Positions 59,538 to 64,000 of a DNA stretch of 64,000 nucleotides are shown here, in pieces. A model generated the notes under the pieces. The model was not told where the DNA came from. It saw only the letters and a program-made list of their open reading frames with translations, and did no database searches. This DNA comes from Planctomycetota bacterium (GTDB lineage Bacteria; Planctomycetota; B15-G4), in assembly GCA_038212275.1 (NCBI GenBank), contig JBBQUR010000010.1:123432-187431 (forward strand). The letters run 5' to 3'. Each line of letters begins with the position of its first letter. The stretch's first letter is position 1. The position numbers and the translations under genes were made by a program.

Positions 59538-60626
59538 TCAGCGACCCCGCAGGCGTCCGCCGCCGACAATCCAGCCGCCGCCGCTGTCGTCCGAGGTCGC
59601 TGCGGTCACGCGGTTCATGGCGCCGCGCAGGCTCTCGTTCTTCGGGTACTCGGCCAGGCCGGCCTGGACGACGTCGGCTGCCTGCTTGTAGGAGCTGCGG
59701 ATCAGGTAGTTGTCCACGAGGTTGATGCGCACGTCGACGACGGCCTCCTCCAGCTTGCTGTCCACCAGTGCGAGGGCCTCGACGACCTCGTCGTTGTTGG
59801 CCGTCTGCGGCTGCAGCTTCTCGGCCATCTTGCGGATCTTGTCGCCTTCCTTGAGCGCCTTCTCGAAGTCGTCGATGCCCGAGCTGCCGCCCTTCCTGAG
59901 GCCGGTCTGCGTGGCGCCGAGCAGCCGCTTGTAGGAGTCGATCACGGGCTGGAAGAGCGCGCGCGTCGCATCGCTGAACGGCTGGCCGTCTTCCTTCAGC
60001 GGCACGGTGCTGCCGGCGCCCGGCTCGCCGCCTGCCGAGGAGCTCCCCGCTGCACGGGCGGACTTCCGGGCCAGGGCGCTCTGCTCGCGCTGCGCCGTCT
60101 CGTCCGCCAGCATCTGCGAGGCCTCCTTGCTGGCCTCCTCGTCCGGCAGTTCCTGCACCATCGCGCTGAGGATGCGTCGCGCCTCCTGGCTGTTGCCGGA
60201 CGCGGAGAGCGACTTGGCGCGCGCCAGCAGCTCGGTGGCCGCGGTGGTGCGGGCTGCGTCGAGCCGGGCGTTGATCTCGTCCGCCATCGCCTCGTCGGAG
60301 GCGAGTGCCTTGCGGAACAGGGTCCGCGCCTCGATGTAGAGCGTCTTGCCGACGCACCAGTCGGCCAGGTCGAGCCGGCTCTTCGTGTCGGCGGGCGTCT
60401 CCGCCAGCTTCAGGCGGTACTGGGTCTTGAGGGTGAGGCCTTCGATGGGGAACTTCAGCGTCGCGCCTTCGTTCGTCCGGATCTCCACCGAGGTTCCATC
60501 GTTGGAGATGACCTTGCCCTCGTAGGTGCGGCCCGACAGCGCTTCGAGCGAATCCTGGGCCTGCACGAGCGGCCCGGACGCGAGGAGGCAGAGGCACGCG
60601 GCGAACAGTGCTGAGGCGAGGCTCAT
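59538..60626 (-). CDS. Secreted helical (TPR-like) hypothetical protein
   Basis: Signal peptide from ATG 60626; GRTYEGKV beta domain, LADWC motif and helical repeats. Confidence 0.75.
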   Translation of the reverse strand: MSLASALFAACLCLLASGPLVQAQDSLEALSGRTYEGKVISNDGTSVEIRTNEGATLKFPIEGLTLKTQYRLKLAETPADTKSRLDLADWCVGKTLYIEARTLFRKALASDEAMADEINARLDAARTTAATELLARAKSLSASGNSQEARRILSAMVQELPDEEASKEASQMLADETAQREQSALARKSARAAGSSSAGGEPGAGSTVPLKEDGQPFSDATRALFQPVIDSYKRLLGATQTGLRKGGSSGIDDFEKALKEGDKIRKMAEKLQPQTANNDEVVEALALVDSKLEEAVVDVRINLVDNYLIRSSYKQAADVVQAGLAEYPKNESLRGAMNRVTAATSDDSGGGWIVGGGRLRGR

Positions 60627-60829
60627 GGCTCGATTTCCTGTGAAGGAGTACCGGAGGTACTCAGGCGAAAGTTCAGGGTAGCAACCCCGCCCGGGCGTCG
60701 GGGAGGGAGCGGCCATCACCCCGGCCGCCGATTTTCCTGTCCAGTTGCGGGCGCGCGGGTCAATAGCTGCTCAGGCCCGGTCTTGCCGGTCTCCGTTTTC
60801 TCCGCCGCCCTGCTCAGGAACCACCTTTG

Positions 60830-63800
60830 ATGAACGCCCCGCGCATGTCCCGCCTTGCCCTCACGCTCGCCCTGGCCTTCAGCGCCTCCGGAGCCGCGCT
60901 GCACGCGCAGACGCCGCTGTCGGGAAGTCTCTCCGATGACACCACGGGCCCCCTTTCCGCGGGTGTCTACACCGTCGGCGGCAACATCGACGTGCCACCC
61001 GGCAAGACGCTGAACATCGCGGCCGGCGCGATCCTCAAGTTCAACGGCAGCATCTTCTCCTTGAACGGCACGCTCAAGGTCAACGGCACGGCACCCAATC
61101 CGGTGATCTTCACCTCGATCCATGACGACGCCGCGGGCGGCGACACGAACGGCAACGGTCTGGCGACCGCGCCTGCGGCCGGCAACTGGGGAGGCGTCGT
61201 CGTGAACGCCAGCGGCGCGGCCAGCGTGCTGAATCACATGGACCTGCGCTACCACGGGTCAGGCGGCTGGTCGGGCCTCTACATCAACCAGTCCGGCGCC
61301 AACATCACCGTGACCAACAGCATCATCCGCAACGGCGCGAACAGCGGCATGCGCTGCAACCTGCTCACGGTCTCCCCGACCATCTCCGGTTGCAGCTTCA
61401 CGAACAATGCAAGCGCGGCCGTCGAGGGACTGCGGCTGGAGTCCGTGCCGGGCTTCAGCGCCAATACGGCAAGCGGCAACGGCGGCAACTACATGCACGT
61501 CACGTCGGCCGAGGCCAACAGCGAGTTCTCGATCGGTCCCGTCAACTGCATGAACGGCGCGCTCGTCGTCGGAGGGAACTTGAACGTGAACGGCGGCGCG
61601 ACGCTCAGCCTCGGCGCAGGGACGGTGATCAAGATGGAAGGCGGCCTCGTCAACCTCAACGGCACGCTCCTGGTGAACGGCACGACGCCCGCACCGGTGG
61701 TGTTTACCTCGATCCATGACGACACCGCGGGCGGCGACACGAACGGCAACGGTGTGGCGACCGCGCCCGCCGCCGGAGACTGGAGCGGCATCGCCGTGAA
61801 CACCGGCGGGGCGGCCAGCGTGCTGAACCATGCGGACCTGCGCTACCACGGGGCGGGTGGCTGGTCGGGCATCTACATCTACCAGGCCAACGCCAACATC
61901 ACCGTGACCAACAGCATCATCCGCAATGGCGCGAGCAGCGGCATGCGCTGCAACACGCTCACGGCCTCACCGACCATCTCCGGCTGCAGCTTCACGAACA
62001 ATGCGGGCGCGGCCGTCGAGGGCCTGCGGCTGGAGTCCGTGCCGGGCTTCAGCGCCAACACCGCGAGCGGCAACGACGGCAACTACATGCACGTCACGTC
62101 GGCCGAGGCCAACAGCGTGTTCTCGATCGGAGCCGTCAACTGCATGAACGGCGCGCTCGTCGTCGGAGGGAACTTGAACGTGAACGGTGGCGCGACGCTG
62201 AACCTCGGTGCAGGGACGGTGATCAAGATGGAAGGCGGCCTCGTCATCCTCAACGGCACGCTCCTGGTGAACGGCACGACGCTCGCACCGGTGGTGTTCA
62301 CCTCGATCCATGACGACACCGCGGGCGGCGACACGAACGGCAACGGTCTGGCGACCGCGCCAGCGGCCGGAAACTGGAGCGGCATCGCCGTGAACACCAG
62401 CGGGGCGGCCAGCGTGCTGAACCATGCGGACCTGCGCTACCACGGGGCGGGTGGCTGGTCGGGCTTCTACATCAACCAGGCCAACGCCAACATCACCGTG
62501 ACCAACAGCATCATCCGCAACGGCTCGAACAGCGGCATGCGGTGCAACGCGCTCTCGTTCTACCCGACCATCTCCGGTTGCAGCTTCACGAACAATGCCG
62601 GCGCGGCCATCGAGGGCCTGCGCCTGGATGCCGTGCCGGGCTTCAGCGCCAACGCGGCGAGCGGCAACGGCGGCAACTACATGCACGTCACGTCGGCCAA
62701 CGCCGACGGCGCGCTCTCGATCGGTCCCGTCAACTGCATGAACGGCGCGCTCGTCGTCGGAGGGAACCTGAGCGTGAACGGTGGCGCGACGCTGAACCTC
62801 GGCGTGGGCACCGTGATCAAGATGGAGGGCGGTCTCGTCTTGGTGAACGGCTCGTTGAACGCGGAGGGCTCCGCATCGGCGCCGGTGGTCTTCACCTCGG
62901 TGCATGACGACACCGCAGGCGGCGACACGAACGGCAATGGAAGTGCGAGCATTCCCGCCAAGGCCCACTGGTCCGGCATTCTGGTCAACGCGGGTGCGGG
63001 ACCCTCCACGCTGAAGCACGCGCGCATCCGCTACGCAGGCGCCGGCGGCTGGACCTCGCTGTCCAGCAGCTCGCCGCTGCTCACCCTGGAAGGTGTGCGC
63101 GTCGAGCACAGTTCGACCCAGGGCTTCGTCTGCAGTGCGATCGCCGATCCGGGCCTGGACTGGACGGCCTGGGACTGCGACGGCGGCGGCGTCGTGCTCA
63201 CCGGCGGAAACTTCACCGTCAAGCGCATCACCGCAGCCAACAACGCCGGCGGGGGCATCGTCCGCACCGCTTTCAACGGCACGCTCCGGAGCTCGATTGC
63301 CTGGGGCAACGGAGGCGGCGGCAACATCAGCGGCTTCGTGGCCGGCAGCGTCCACGAGTCCAACGGCTCGGCAGTGCTCGCGGGGAGCAACGGCAACATC
63401 AACCTGGACCCGCAGTTCGTGAACGCCGCGGCCGGCGACTTCACGCTGCAGAAGACCTCGCCCTGCGTGGACAGCGGCGATCCGTCCGACCTCGGCTTCA
63501 GCCTCGAGGAGTCCGGCTACCCGCGCTTCATGGACGGCAATCTCGACGGCGTCAAGGTCATCGACATGGGCGCGTACGAGTTCGACAACGTGCATCTTGC
63601 CGTGACGGGCAGCGCGACGCCGGGCGGCACGCTGAACCTCGCCACCTCGACGAGCGTGCCGGGCCTCACGCGCTGGATGTTCATCGGCGTGGTGCAGGAG
63701 GAGGTGCAGCTCAAGCGCTTCGGCCCGCTCTTCATGAGCCTCACGGCGCCGTACCTCCTGCTCTCCTGGCCAGCGGCGCCGGACATCATTCCGGTGTCCA

Positions 63801-63916
63801 TCCCGCTCTCGCTGCCCGTGCCGCTGCCGATCATCTTCCAGGAGCTGGGCGTGATGGGCGCCACCGGCAACAGCCCGGGGAACCTGTCCAACCCGGTCTA
63901 CCTCACCATCCAGTAA
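60830..63916 (+). CDS. Large secreted right-handed beta-helix repeat protein with a choice-of-anchor-Q-like domain
   Basis: Signal peptide; repeated PV.FTS.HDD..GGDTNG.G...W.G; NINLDPQFV...SPCVDSG...IDMGAYE. Confidence 0.88.
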   Translation: MNAPRMSRLALTLALAFSASGAALHAQTPLSGSLSDDTTGPLSAGVYTVGGNIDVPPGKTLNIAAGAILKFNGSIFSLNGTLKVNGTAPNPVIFTSIHDDAAGGDTNGNGLATAPAAGNWGGVVVNASGAASVLNHMDLRYHGSGGWSGLYINQSGANITVTNSIIRNGANSGMRCNLLTVSPTISGCSFTNNASAAVEGLRLESVPGFSANTASGNGGNYMHVTSAEANSEFSIGPVNCMNGALVVGGNLNVNGGATLSLGAGTVIKMEGGLVNLNGTLLVNGTTPAPVVFTSIHDDTAGGDTNGNGVATAPAAGDWSGIAVNTGGAASVLNHADLRYHGAGGWSGIYIYQANANITVTNSIIRNGASSGMRCNTLTASPTISGCSFTNNAGAAVEGLRLESVPGFSANTASGNDGNYMHVTSAEANSVFSIGAVNCMNGALVVGGNLNVNGGATLNLGAGTVIKMEGGLVILNGTLLVNGTTLAPVVFTSIHDDTAGGDTNGNGLATAPAAGNWSGIAVNTSGAASVLNHADLRYHGAGGWSGFYINQANANITVTNSIIRNGSNSGMRCNALSFYPTISGCSFTNNAGAAIEGLRLDAVPGFSANAASGNGGNYMHVTSANADGALSIGPVNCMNGALVVGGNLSVNGGATLNLGVGTVIKMEGGLVLVNGSLNAEGSASAPVVFTSVHDDTAGGDTNGNGSASIPAKAHWSGILVNAGAGPSTLKHARIRYAGAGGWTSLSSSSPLLTLEGVRVEHSSTQGFVCSAIADPGLDWTAWDCDGGGVVLTGGNFTVKRITAANNAGGGIVRTAFNGTLRSSIAWGNGGGGNISGFVAGSVHESNGSAVLAGSNGNINLDPQFVNAAAGDFTLQKTSPCVDSGDPSDLGFSLEESGYPRFMDGNLDGVKVIDMGAYEFDNVHLAVTGSATPGGTLNLATSTSVPGLTRWMFIGVVQEEVQLKRFGPLFMSLTAPYLLLSWPAAPDIIPVSIPLSLPVPLPIIFQELGVMGATGNSPGNLSNPVYLTIQ
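61065..62990 (+). repeat. 594-nt (198-aa) tandem repeat, about 3.2 copies
   Basis: ACCTCG.T.CATGACGAC recurs every 594 nt (near 61112, 61706, 62300, 62894) with high nucleotide identity. Confidence 0.9.
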
Positions 63917-64000
63917 GAAGGCAGGCCAGCAAGAAGGCTGGGGAACCACCAGCAACGCCGGGGTGCGCGACGCGGCGCGCACCCCCGCGGTGGGTTCGTG

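Noticed and set aside
61065..62990. Diversity-generating retroelement template/variable repeats
   Set aside because: The repeats are in-frame tandem coding units, differences are not confined to adenines, and there is no reverse transcriptase in the window
63960..63985. GC hairpin after the last gene as a terminator or REP element
   Set aside because: No U-tract, single copy, and at the window edge; cannot be supported

Overview
GC-rich (~70% by eye) bacterial chromosome segment. The gene repertoire (carboxypeptidase-regulatory-domain proteins, DUF1800/DUF1501, DUF1844, STAS and conserved hypotheticals) suggests an uncultured Planctomycetota-type organism (inference). All family calls come from motif recognition; no searches were run. 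The housekeeping backbone includes asparaginase, glutaryl-CoA dehydrogenase, an Rrf2/NsrR-globin pair, kdsB-pyrG, LysM-anmK-mtnP, a complete kdpFABCDE locus, higBA, aldehyde dehydrogenase, yfhO-dgkA, two cyclophilins and large secreted repeat proteins. The notable parts are: (1) a decayed defence island at 0.5-3.7 kb (YhcG/DUF1016, helicase and type IIG methyltransferase remnants) with one intact, translationally coupled three-gene module (TIGR04255 protein / NWD-motif protein / ART-like protein), a candidate uncharacterised toxin-antitoxin-chaperone-like defence system; (2) a 3,433-bp IS1595-family transporter element (18589-22021) with terminal inverted repeats and an 8-bp target duplication, carrying a Panacea toxin-antitoxin pair and other cargo, apparently inserted in the promoter of the kdsB-pyrG operon; (3) an operon of an Lgt paralogue, a Tes/GDGT-MAS-like radical SAM enzyme and a small Cys-containing membrane protein; (4) two structured intergenic RNAs (a multi-hairpin RNA with CU-rich loops and a probable 6S RNA); (5) matching OmpR-type boxes linking an outer-membrane barrel gene to kdp. 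No CRISPR array, rRNA or tRNA was seen.
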